A stretch of DNA of 64,000 nt from Alloascoidea hylecoeti (Eukaryota), in NCBI GenBank assembly GCA_001600815.1, contig BCKZ01000010.1, forward strand, positions 327,527-391,526. Direction: 5' to 3'. The position numbers and the translations under genes were made by a program. Shown here piece by piece: positions 34,849 to 47,426 of this stretch (positions are counted from its first letter, which is position 1; the number at the start of each line of letters is the position of its first letter). The notes beneath the pieces are model-generated. The model had not been told where the DNA came from. It searched no databases and saw only the letters and a list, made by a program, of their open reading frames with translations.

Positions 34849-37238
34849 CTTTAATGAAAAGTGTTATTTTCTATGAATAATGCACAATTTAATACATAAT
34901 TACTACTGGTGTTTATAAATCTGTTAATGTTTTGCTGTTTGTTTGTTTTTGAGCCGAAGATTGGAATAAAAGCTGATATATTATATTATATTTGATATTG
35001 TAATTATAAATTATAATTTAAGAAAGTATATTAACAAATGTTTTTTTCCCCAATAGAAACCTTTCACATCAATGGTTCACGATTATTTCGTCCCACATGA
35101 TCGTAATTGATATTAACAAACGATATTAATATTATTTACTCCGGCTTAACTTAACTTTTGATTTAAACAGTTATAAGAAATTATATCTACACTCGGTTTA
35201 CAACAAGATAATTATGATCATAATATACTATAATGATACGATAACACTAAAAAATATAATTTTCTTTTCATTTTATAATTATTTTCCATTTTTTTTATTG
35301 CAATAATTGATAACTATAATTCATCTTATTATTGAAAATGTTCATATTAATTATTATCATGACTTACTACTATGTTTATCTATCTAGTTATTTACTAGCT
35401 TATATTTTTTGCGCTTTAGATAATAATTATCTTGTTGAAATTATGATTAATACTCAGTCTATATTATATATTTTATATGTTGGGATAAAAATAGAATCAT
35501 TGCACTATTTAACTTAGATTTATAAATTGATGTATATTGCAAATCATATTAGTAAATGTTAATTATGCATAGGCTCTATATTTCCCCAAATGTGGCCGAA
35601 ATTAGATGGATTGACATTACATAATAAGGTTATATTGTCTTTCAGCCGTTCTACTTCCTGCAGTTACAGTTCTTAATTATTAATTATAATTAGGATTCTC
35701 TATTTCTAAGATCGATATCCTATAGCTATTATATTTGGCGTTTGAGTACCAAAGCTATTCTATTACTGGTCATCCAATCTGTCGTTTATGAATATTTTAA
35801 AATGTCAAAATTTCAAAGCAACCTTCTATTAAGTCTGTAATACTTGTGTATCTTCCAATTTAATTAATGCTGAAGAGATTATACTCGTATCGCAAGTCCT
35901 TCTAATATAGGACTCTGCCCACATTTTCTTTTGCTTCTCCGTCAGTACCCCCACAACTAGAGTTTATCATGGTTCTTTTTGAATTTGCGACTTCATTGGT
36001 TTCTAAGGTATAATAATGGCTTACCAACTTCTATACCTCTTTTCGAGAGTCTCTCCTCCAGAGAATTATAGATAATAATAGATATTTTATTTTTTATTTT
36101 TCTACTGATAAGTTGTCTTTAATTGTGGCAAGAACATTGACTGTAAAACATACGAAGAATAATCTATATAGAGCATTATTTTTTCTCTTTACAAAGACAT
36201 GATTCAATATTGCTTTCATCATCATCAAAAATAATATTCATTTTTCGGAGTTTTAGTTTGTAGAAAGAGAATACGATGTGATTAACCTCTCAATTATAAT
36301 TTTATGTTAAGTTTTTCCCAATCTTAGAAGTTGTATAAAACCAAGCGGATGCTGGAGTTGAATCTGAAAGAAATCCAATATCAATCAGCTTGATCTCCTT
36401 TAGAAATTGATATATGGGATGCAGCAGAAATGGATCACCTTGTAGTAAGCAATTCGCTTTTATTTATTTCCTTTAATTTATTTTCTGACGGACCGAGGAC
36501 AATTTTGGAATAAGCGCCTATTGTTACTAGTTTCATCCATACAATAAATGGTACTAATTTTGACAATGATTTTGTTTCTTAATCCTTTCATAAATTACAT
36601 GTAACTTGCGAATTTCATCTGAAGTGGTATACCGGGTATGCTTCAACCATCCGAACAATAATGGAAATTACGCATGGATTTCTTACCAATGGAACAAAAT
36701 GCTTCCTAAGCGCTTAATCATCACCATTTAGACTTAGAATACGATTTGCATTTTTTTTCACAGAGACATGGGAAGGAAGAAAACCTTCTGGATCTTCTCT
36801 AAGACTCGGTTCTGTCAGATTTATAGGGAGTTATTCTTTATAGAAGTTGATCGCGATGACTTACAGGAAGAATATAGAACTAGTACCTGATCAATTAAAG
36901 GTAAAAATCTATACTTATAAGTATGGTAAAATATATTTATTACGTATATAGAAATTACTTGGTGGGAAAACCATACAATGTATAGAATCAAAGCCATAGA
37001 ATGTTATAATCAAATAATTTTTTTTTTAACTTTTCATATATTTTCCAATTAAATTATATAACTAGAAACTATGTAAATTCTGAGGAAATCTCTACTATAT
37101 ATAGTGAAATAAAGACCTCTCTTTGTATTCTTCTTATTTTTGTGTATTCTTGACACTCTTCTTTAAATAACATTGGAAAATTGACGGGTGTATGGGATTC
37201 AAACATGATCATCTACCCGTTTCAGGACGGTATCATTG

Positions 37239-37319
37239 GGCACTATGGCCGAGCGGTTAAGGCGAAAGATTAGAAATCTTTTGGGATTTCCCGCGCAGGT
37301 TCGAGTCCTGCTGGTGTCG
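37239..37319 (+). tRNA. tRNA-Ser(AGA)
   Basis: Acceptor GGCACTA/TGGTGTC plus G discriminator, A-box TGGCCGAGCGG, anticodon arm AAAGA-TTAGAAA-TCTTT, long variable arm GGGATTTCCC, T-arm GCAGG-TTCGAGT-CCTGC, downstream T-run. Confidence 0.97.
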
Positions 37320-37778
37320 AAAAATTTTTACATTCTCCAAATTATGTTTTTTTTTACGTCTTTTTAACCTGAGCAGGGGATAAACAAATAAATGCCGACT
37401 TATTCTTACAAAAGATAATCATAACAACTTACTTTTATATGTATGTTTGCAATTATGGAGCAGAAATTCTAAGTAGGTCTGGTTGGTACTTAACATGTTA
37501 TTAAATTGAACAATAAATATTGTGGGAACATGCTGTGCCAAAAAATAGAATAAGGACCATAAGGTACATGTTATGATATTTTGGTGATAAATATAATAAA
37601 TCTAAGATACTTTATCAGCTGACTAATATACGAACTTTTTTGACGAGTTAAGTTGCTTTTTTCGGTTTGGTGCTACATAAAAAAAATAGATACATCCATA
37701 TATCTCATATCATTTCGTTTCACCTCCTCTTTTTCTCTGTTCATTTTCATTTTCTCGATTTTTTACTCAGTCCATCAA

Positions 37779-39178
37779 ATGAAGTTATTCTCAAAGATCC
37801 TGCCATTTTCCTACCTTGCCACTCTATTACTAACTTCTTTCGCTGTTGTTATCCCTTCCGGAGATCTCATCGCGGCATTTAGTGAGTCTGCATCACACCC
37901 ACTGCAACTGGAAAGTCCGGATGCTTCGCTTACGGCTATCAAAAACGAAAAGGCATCATTCCCAATTCTCGACAAGTTTCATCTATCCTACTCCAACGTA
38001 TGTGCTATTAAATACAGTATATCCGCTTATTTGGTACTAACTTTTTTTATAAATAGGATTTTCAAATTGACTATTATAAACCAACAGCTATTAGACAACT
38101 AATTCTCGGTTCCCAATCAGAAGAAGTTTCGGTCCAAGTAGTTAGAGTCGAATCGGTGCTTGATGAAAATTCGCAATCCGTTTTAGTTCATTTGATTTCT
38201 AAATATGAATATTCTTTTAATATTACTAATGCAGTTTCAATTTCACAACAAATTTTAAAGGATTCTTTACTTTCAGATGAAAAGATTATTGGTACCTCAT
38301 TATTAGTTAATTTGGATCCAATTAGAACTAAAGCATCAAACGTTAGAAGGTACCCAAATTATTTTAATCATCTTTTACTTGGGGGTAATAATCAAGATTC
38401 AGAAGAAAAGAAATTAATTCTTGAAAATGTTATACAAATTTTAGAATCGAATTCAGGTGATGTGACTACTTCTTTCACAGCCGAATTCGATTTCCTGCAA
38501 AATGAAATTATTGAAAGAAGTGGGAAATTTAAAATTCTTTTCAATAATGATAAAAAATCAAATGAATTAAAACAAACTGGTCTATTTAAGGTTGAAACTG
38601 GTGAGTTAGAACAATCAAATAATCATAATTTAAATATTAAGATAAATTTACCATTTATGACATTTAATGGTAAAGTTTTACCAACACCATATGAATCAAC
38701 AAATCAACCTTCTTCAAACGCTTTAAATATGTCTTCATTATTTGGTAGCATTGATTCAGCGTCTTATAAGAAATGCTTTTTTGATTTTTTACATCAATAT
38801 TATAGAACCGATTCATCTGCTAAAAATAAAGATGATGCTATGTTTGAAACATTAACTAAAAAACTAAAACTTTCTGATCAAGTAGTTACAATCATTCTAG
38901 GTACCGCTCCATTTTTCTTAATGGCTGTTGGATTTGGAATATTTGTTATATTTTTTAGTGTTATGGCTGTCGATTTTTATCAATATGCTCTAAGAAGAAG
39001 AGAAATTACACAGGAACATAATGAAAAGAAACTATTATATCTTGTTCATGATGATATATTGAAATGCTCAAATAATGAAACTGTATTATCCACTTATCTG
39101 GAGAAATCAATTGATCCTGATCTTGAAACAGGTTATAATCATCACTATAATTATGAAGATGAAGATGAAAAATATTAG
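37779..39178 (+). CDS. Two-exon type I membrane protein of unknown function (446 aa)
   Basis: Exon 1 37779-37997 (MKLFSKILPFSYLATLLLTSFA signal peptide) splices in frame to exon 2 38057-39178, which includes the 38156 ORF. One transmembrane segment near the C-terminus. Confidence 0.85.
37998..38056 (+). other. 59-nt spliceosomal intron
   Basis: GTATGT donor, TACTAAC branch point at 38035-38041, T-run, TAG acceptor; phase 0, restores the frame. Confidence 0.9.
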
Positions 39179-42100
39179 TAGTTCTTCATAATGATTATTG
39201 ATTGTTAAATAACTAAATGTTATTGCTTATTTGCTTGTTGTTACCTTTTCCCTACTTTTTTTCCTTTGGTTTTTATATGTTTTGCTTTGTGATCTGATTG
39301 ATAAATCAATTGACTAACTGGTATATTTGCTGATTATGGTTATGTATACCAATTGCTGGATTAAATCGTTAACACACACATTAAGAATCTTGAATTCCTT
39401 TTGAGTTCCAGCCTTCTTATTACGATCGCCATTATTGGTGAACTTTACTCCTTGAAGTTATACATATCTGTCATTTATTATATTATTTGTTGTTTATCAT
39501 AAAGTATTTTATATTATCGCATTTATATATTCTTTTTAAATATATTACATATCCTATATAAATATAACTCCACTATACACCTATATTCAAAATATAAATG
39601 TTTATTATTTGGTACAGCTGTCTAAAATTCAATTGAATAGATCAAGAAGCGTACGCGCGCGTATGGTATTTATTCTTAATTTAGGCCAATTTATGTAGTC
39701 GGATGTAAGATGACTAAATATTAGGCCATGTTGACAATTTATTTTCGATCCCATGTTAACTTTTAGTAATATAATTAAACCAATTCAAAGTGGTCGAATA
39801 ATTAGTTAATTTAGTACCAAAAAGATGGTAATAATGGCCGAATATTTCTTCGTCATTATGCCTAAAATTAGTGGAATATATATAAACGCCGTAACAGTAT
39901 AATACAGGTGAAAAAATATAACAGTAATCTATAGGTCTAACTATTTGTTTAACTTTTGTGTTAGATCATATAACTATTTGACTGACTACGGCTTACTTTC
40001 GGATTCATATGGTAAATTAAAGGCTACTTCACATCGGAGATATTCAATACAGCAATGGCAATGTATTGGTATATCGTTCAAAAGCGCCTGTGAGGTTTCG
40101 GTAAATGGTTGAATAGCCAATCACCAGAAGATGAATATCTTCAACTGGTGTAATTATATTTTTAGATCCTAGAGTGATTGGTGGTATAGTTACCCCTATA
40201 ATTATTCGTGTTTGTGCTATCAATATATGTCTCTAATACAATCCAGCAAATATCCTATATGTTTGTCTCATCACGTAAAGTGCATAGTGACAATATAACT
40301 GGCTATGTGTAAGGCTAACATGCAAGCGAAAGAATTGAATTAATTTTGTGTAAAAACAGCATCTTACATCTCCAACTGTAATATGATTCAAATTATAATG
40401 TTCAGATCCACAAATTATTACAACTATTGTTAGGCACGAGTAATTATATAATGATGATATTTTGCCTACTACTTACATGTATATATGATTATAGCAATGA
40501 ATATTTGGATCTAAAAGTTTCCAAGGCTAGCAATGTGAACATTCTCTGTACTTTATTACTACTTCGTAAATAATTAATATAGCTATATTTTTACTAACAG
40601 CTTTTCTTTGTGAATCTATATCGGTACAGTAAACATAAGCTTAAGATCCTTTGTTTTCGACGTTAAAATAGGAACAATATTATGATCACTATAGATACCT
40701 ATGGATTCTAAGCCTACGTACAATATACCTGTATAAACGTAATTTTTTATTAAAACCCACAAAGCAATTTTTCGAAAGATCGTATAAGCTTATAACTAAT
40801 TAATATTAATTCAGTTAGTATTAAGGAGAAATCACTTTAAGAGCATATTCTCTTATAACCTTCAAGCTTTTCAGCATAAACCTTTCCTTATTTTCTTAAG
40901 GGTATCAACCGTATCATAGCCTCTCTTAGCTAACTCAAAGAATCCGAGCTAAAGAAAGAGATCGACACAGTAGTGCTTATATAGAGCCAGAGCTATAATC
41001 TCTGAGAATTCACACCTAAGCTCACACATATGTCGCGATCGGGAATCTCTCTATAAGTTACGTATGCATGTGCAACTAGTGTAATCCACCCCAGTTGGGC
41101 CCCACGTGGGCCGGTAGAAATGTAGGCATTATATCTGCAGAACGATCACACTACAATGTCCAACAATATGATTGCAAAATAATCCCTTTACCATGCTGGT
41201 ACTACGAATGCATGTATATTTGGTTAAATACCGGCAATTTCAGTACGTATTAAGGTTATTATATATAGCAAATAAGCTTAAATGGAAACTGAGCTTAAGG
41301 TGATTTATAATTACGTTCAGCAATTTCGATGGTTCAGCATTATATTTTATACTTTATTATTTGGTATATATCCATCTTTTGTGTTAATTATTAAGCTTAT
41401 AAGTTAATGGAAGAATTGAATATTGATGATAATGATGAAATGTCGTGCTTTGCGGAGCTAATCGCATGCATTCCACATCTCTTATACATCAATATCCGCT
41501 CTTTATGTTCTGAATTATAATTATTAGCCCAAATGAGCGTTTCTAATCAAAACTTAATTTTATAAGTAACGATGGCTCAAGACTGAATGTAAAACTTGCA
41601 GTATCGGCGCTGTATCAATACAGAGAGTTCTGATTTTTACACCAATCATGATGTCTCCTAAAATTGAAATTGCATATAAAAAACTTCCATTATTTAACGT
41701 AGTTGTAAGACATAACAGTGCAGCTGAGACTACAAATAGTACAAAAGGTTTAAATTTTCAATTGGAAATCGTTTGATGGTCTCAAATTATATTTTTAGTT
41801 ATCCTTTAAAATTTTCAAAGGTAAGCTGATATTTCATCGATATCCGATGACTTCGTGTCTCCTGGAATGATCATAATTAACTTTATATTAGGGGCTGGAT
41901 ATAGCTATAATTATAAGGGAAAATCAAAGGAGTTCAAATTCCACTTTAATTCTTCTATCATCAATTAACATACTAATTAGGTCTACTAATAGTCTTACAA
42001 CTTAGGTATATATGGCTTATATTGGAAATTTGTAATTGTAAATACATCTGAATATTCTCCTCTTTCGAATTCTGGAACATAAATGAATGAATTAGATACT

Positions 42101-43324
42101 ATATTTTGCTTTAGCTTCTTTTCAAAACTTAAATACCTACATTATTGTAAATGTATATGTTAAACTCACAAAATATGGTATGCGTCACTGAAAATGAACA
42201 ATTTTTGGGAAGATTAGATAATTTCTACATCCTTCACGCAAAATGTGACCACAACACTTCATTTATATATTAAAGATGACAGAAGGTAGAAAAATGGTAG
42301 GTGTAAATTTTGTCCCTTTGGATTAATTTTCGTACTTCTTTGTCAAATTTTATGGCCTTATTTATTAGCTATGTAGACCTCCAGATTTCATGGGCTCACA
42401 AATAGTGTCACCACTGTCACGTCCATGCAGATGCATAACAGCAATAAAACTTACCTCATCCCGGTGAATGCATGCATACTCACTGTGATATATTTCCTTA
42501 TAAAGTAATCATAACAGTTGCATGCATACTACTAGAGACCAAAATTTTGGGAGTAAAAAAGTTGTTCCTTTTCAGTGACGTACACCATATATAAATTAAC
42601 CTTTGCAATTGGCTATAAGCGCCGTGTCTTGAGCTTTTCTCCTTTTCAGGCGAATTTTTTCGCCGCACTTCTATTTTTGAGGAAAAAACCCTCGGAAGTT
42701 TTAAAGTCATTACAATTTTGCTTGATTAATAATATACTTTGTCAAAGTTTGACAGCAATTTATATTATACAATTCTTCCATGATATCCTTTTTGCTTTTA
42801 AACATTTCATTTCTATATTTAGATTTGCCACAGATTCTAAGAGTGCAAATAGAGTGTATATATTTCATATAATACTATAACTATAAGTTAAGGTTGCAAC
42901 ATGGGAAAAACTATACTCTAATTAATAATATATTACATATTTACAGTCTCGGAAATATATTCTGGATCCCGCGGGCCTCGACATATATCATGCATTTATC
43001 ATGCATATATCAAGCGTTTCGCTCCATCCTAACAGCTAAAGATTAAGGGCCGTAACGCATTCATGCATATTTAAACACAATAGCATACAACTTTAAAAAT
43101 ACAAATAGGCGATGATGCTCGTTTCCCATGTCCAGTATGATGTGGCTTACTCTTTTTTTTCTTTTTTTTTCCTTTCTCCTTTTTTCCTTATCCTTTGTCT
43201 TTGTTTCTTGAAAATAGTTATTGGTATTAGTTAGCCGTTTCGTTTGATTTATTCAAAAATTTCTACAAAATTGTAAACCAACTATAATATATACCGGTAT
43301 ATATTTTATTTCTTGTTCTTGTTA

Positions 43325-45787
43325 ATGACCATGCCTAAAGACAATCAGAGGCATCCATCCCCAATAACCATTGATACGCCAAGATCATCACCAGCAATCA
43401 GGCCACTAGATCCCGAAAACCAATCGATTTCAGATGTTTGTAGCTCGTTGACAATCGATAGTCCTAAAATCCCGGACTCACTACAAGATCCGTCTGAAAA
43501 TACCGATATCGACATCAATAGAGAAGTCACAATCACTGCAACACCAGCTCGAACGATCAAAAGGTTGCAAGATAGAGATTCAGGCGAAACGGTAACACCA
43601 CCTCTTCATACCCCAGCGGCAAATGTTTCAGTTTCAAGACCGGTTGATAATGCTTTATCACAAATTCAAAAATCTTCCCAAGAACAACCCAAACTGCCAC
43701 CAAAAAATTCAACCCTCTCCAACAACGAAATATCAGAAACTTCCGACAATGAAAATCCTGTAAAAGTAGAATCATCTTCCAATTCTTCTGAAGCCGGGAA
43801 GAATGGGAAGAAGAATGATACTTTAAGTCCTGAAAAAATTCAAACAGGGACTAATTCCCAATCTAGTTCTAGTTCGGTTTCAAATTCACCACAACCTTCT
43901 CTAGAAGCAGCCCCGTTTGCAGCTACTACTACAAAATCAAATGCATCATTTATAAAAGATTCAGTCCAAAATATAGTAGCCGAAAACGGTATACCTGTTT
44001 GTAAAAACTGCAAAACTTCAACAACACCTTTATGGAGACGTGATGAACAGGGAAATGTCCTTTGTAATGCATGTGGTTTGTTTCTTAAATTGCATGCCAG
44101 AAATCGTCCAATTAGTTTAAAAACTGATACTATAAAAAGTCGCAATAGAGTCAAACATCATCATAATCACCCAAATGATAAACAAAGACAACAACAGCAG
44201 CAGCAGCAACAACAACAGCAAGCGTTACAACAAGCACCTCCTGAGATGAATTTAGATGAAGTACGGAAATTAATTACAGTTGTAGATGCAGGAGTTGTCC
44301 CAAGTAGAAAAAGAAGAGATGGTCAGACACTTAAATTTTCACCAAATACTCCAAGCACTTCAACTATGGTTAGTGGAGCTATGATCAACAAAACAATTCA
44401 ACCCTTTACTCTTCCACAACCTCAACCTACAATTCAAATGGTACCAATAAATATAGGACTACCACAACAAGTATTGCCCTTCACAGAGGCACAACCAAAT
44501 AGCTTCATAGTTAATGCTCAAGGTGTCCTTCCTATTCATCCAGCTCAAATGGTTAATTGTAGATCTGGATCTCAAACCCCGCAGAATGGACTTGGAGATC
44601 ATTCTCTTTCAGCTTTATCTTATGCCGTCCAACAACAACAACAATTACAAGAACAGCAGCAACATATTCAGCAACAACGAAATATCCAAAGTCAATCAGA
44701 TCAATCTCAACAAGCTAAAATACATCAAGAACAACTACACACACTACCTACACCAACAACGACGGGAAACACTTTTCAAAGCCCAAAATTGAAGAAAATA
44801 ACATCACCATTAACATTAAATGGTGAAAGTGGAAATAATTCACAGGAATATGGAAGACAAAATGAAGAATCTCAACCTCAACATCCCCCTTCATCGGGAC
44901 CTGGAACTGTTTTAGAGAGCTTAACCGCCTATCAAGAACAGTCCTATCAGCAATATCAAGTCTCTTCCAAAGCCCATTTGACACCATTATTGCCTGCAAA
45001 TTCCGGTAAACATTTACCATCTATTTCTTCTGCATCATCAGTTCATTCTCCAGCTTTGTTATCTACCCGATCGCCAGGTCTACCGCCTATTAGCGTTATG
45101 GGACAACATCATATGCATGGAATTGTTTCATCCCCATCATTTGGTCCTCAGTTTTCATTAAATTCTGCCCAACAAGCCTCTCAATTTCAATCACAATCGT
45201 CAGCTACGAAGACTCCTGTTACAACACAACCCCTCAAATCTGCGCAAACCGTAGATTCTCCATCTAGATCGGTAGATATGGAGCGAAATCATTCCGGGAC
45301 AGGAAGAACAAAAGTAAGGTCACATTCGAATACCAACACAAATACAAATACAAGCATAAGTACAGACACAAATGCTGATACAACTGAAAATTCTAATGAA
45401 AAGAAGCTTCTTGAGCAGATCACTAAATTAAAAACCAGAGTTTTTGAATTAGAACTTGTTAATGATTTATACCGAACAAAAATAACAGAATTGGAAGCAT
45501 TAGAATCAGGTGCAAAACGTCGTGAATTGGTAATGAGAAAAAGATTAGAAGATTTATCGTTATTACCCAAAGAATTAGCTAGTTATGATTCATCTGATAA
45601 TATACCTTTATACAATTATGAGATCCGAGAACGAGAATCGTTGAATAAAAATTCAAATAATTCAATTTCAAGAAGGATTAATAGAGATATAGAAGAAAGA
45701 AGTTCTACCTCAAGTTCAGGGATAGGATCAGTTAGAACAAGTGATGGGTTTGAGGATCTTAATTCTTCTAAAAAAATTAGAAGATGA
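43325..45787 (+). CDS. GZF3: GATA-type transcription factor, Gzf3/Dal80/AreB family
   Basis: [32 protein letters not shown]...[15 protein letters not shown] finger plus C-terminal zipper [15 protein letters not shown]. First ATG at 43325 (alternative 43331). Confidence 0.85.
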   Translation: MTMPKDNQRHPSPITIDTPRSSPAIRPLDPENQSISDVCSSLTIDSPKIPDSLQDPSENTDIDINREVTITATPARTIKRLQDRDSGETVTPPLHTPAANVSVSRPVDNALSQIQKSSQEQPKLPPKNSTLSNNEISETSDNENPVKVESSSNSSEAGKNGKKNDTLSPEKIQTGTNSQSSSSSVSNSPQPSLEAAPFAATTTKSNASFIKDSVQNIVAENGIPVCKNCKTSTTPLWRRDEQGNVLCNACGLFLKLHARNRPISLKTDTIKSRNRVKHHHNHPNDKQRQQQQQQQQQQQALQQAPPEMNLDEVRKLITVVDAGVVPSRKRRDGQTLKFSPNTPSTSTMVSGAMINKTIQPFTLPQPQPTIQMVPINIGLPQQVLPFTEAQPNSFIVNAQGVLPIHPAQMVNCRSGSQTPQNGLGDHSLSALSYAVQQQQQLQEQQQHIQQQRNIQSQSDQSQQAKIHQEQLHTLPTPTTTGNTFQSPKLKKITSPLTLNGESGNNSQEYGRQNEESQPQHPPSSGPGTVLESLTAYQEQSYQQYQVSSKAHLTPLLPANSGKHLPSISSASSVHSPALLSTRSPGLPPISVMGQHHMHGIVSSPSFGPQFSLNSAQQASQFQSQSSATKTPVTTQPLKSAQTVDSPSRSVDMERNHSGTGRTKVRSHSNTNTNTNTSISTDTNADTTENSNEKKLLEQITKLKTRVFELELVNDLYRTKITELEALESGAKRRELVMRKRLEDLSLLPKELASYDSSDNIPLYNYEIRERESLNKNSNNSISRRINRDIEERSSTSSSGIGSVRTSDGFEDLNSSKKIRR

Positions 45788-47426
45788 TTGAAAACTTAAA
45801 TGTTTAAATTTATGTTATAATTAAATGGAATACGTTCATATTGACGATAAGGTAACTAAAAGTTTTTATATTATGTTGATTTCATTTTCCTTAATTATAT
45901 TAACACCTTTATTTATAAAATCATTTTTGTAAGGATATATGAAACAGGTGACAATTTTACATTATATTATTTCAATTAATCTGGATCATAAGTATAGAGT
46001 AGATATTTTGAACTATAGATTGAGTTCCATGTACATATTTCAACCCTTTTATAATTATGGTCCTTTATAGATATATTTTATGTATTTTAACATTTATAAT
46101 TAAATTTACTGCCAATGTATTTTATTTGTAGAATTGTGCATATATTACTAGCTCACTATAGTAAGTCAATCGCGTCATCTAAATTTTAAGCCTTTTTCAG
46201 TTTCTGGGCAATTTTTGGTATGAAGTTCAGTATAAGTTTTGCAGGGCAATTTTGAGATGATTTTCTGTCCTAGTTGGTCAACATAAGAAATCATTCCTAC
46301 ATCCCACTTTCCCCACTTTTCTATTAACATTTTAGATAATTATAATTCGCTCACCTCAATATTTCTTATATCCAATTTTACAAAAATGTTATCCAAGAAC
46401 TTTCGAGAAATGTGCCTTTTATTATAATTTTATGGGTATGAGGTGTTTTACTGTAGGTCCAATAGGAAAAACAAACATATGCAAGATTTGTGTATATATG
46501 TATGTGTATGCATAGATCATGACAATTCTATGTCGCGATCCCAAGCTCTAGAGGAATATCGGTATTACTATTTTTTACCACTAGTTTAAACGGTTTCAAT
46601 ATTAATATCTGTGCATAGGTCTTGATAAATTTTAAGATATCTGAGGTGTTAGTTATCATATGATTATCAAGCTAAGTTAACTAAAATATAAAAGAAACTA
46701 AATAATCTTTTTTTTTCTTTGTGACTCTCTAATACCTATATTAGTATATTTTTTGTTATTTTTAAAGCTATATATAAGTATACTGTGATAAATCAACCTA
46801 GGCAACCCCAAAAAATAAAATCTTTAGACAGCCCCGCTATATTGTATTATTCTCTCGTGATATTTATATGGATTACCCCACTAGGTTACAAGTAGATTCA
46901 TAAGGATATACCTAATGTTTCATTAGCTGAATGATTATTATAAGCAAAGAATGCAAAATACATGATGAATTGAAAGGCTACATCAACAATCAACATCTGA
47001 CATTTTTGTTTCTACATAACTAAGTTTTTTTTGCTTGACTAGTGTATAATTGTGGCAGTCTTTTGACTAACTATATGTTATAGAGAACTCAATTTCCGTA
47101 TAATTAAAATCATTAGATTTAGCCTTGCGATGTGGGTATAATTAAGCCATAAATGCCAAGAGATTCGATCTCAAACACACGTTTAAATTCACCATTAATT
47201 AAAATATGTTTATTTTCACTAAAAAGCTTATATAATAGTAAGCTCTTGGGATTCGTTTTTTGCATAGACGGTGTAAAATGTTTGCGACTGCGCGGACATT
47301 CAACTCTTATTCTGCGAAACTGTATTTGTCATGATTGCTTTGCAATGCAAAAGTAGAAAGGGTGTGTGGATGTAAATATCCAATCTATTTGAACTCACTA
47401 GAAAAGTTCCCAGACCTGCAAAACCA

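Noticed and set aside
37181..37238. Possible minus-strand tRNA fragment (GTTTGAATCCC) upstream of tRNA-Ser
   Set aside because: T-arm and acceptor stems do not pair and the anticodon-like loop is the wrong size.
41101..41110. Palindrome CCCACGTGGG (bHLH, Pho4-type site) in the 4-kb intergenic region; possible point centromere
   Set aside because: Single short motif more than 2 kb from the next ATG; no AT-rich CDEII or CDEIII-like element follows.
41426..41518. Box C/D snoRNA candidate (ATGATGA...CTGA with a short terminal stem)
   Set aside because: I could not find an rRNA-complementary guide, and these boxes are common in AT-rich DNA; snoscan would be needed.
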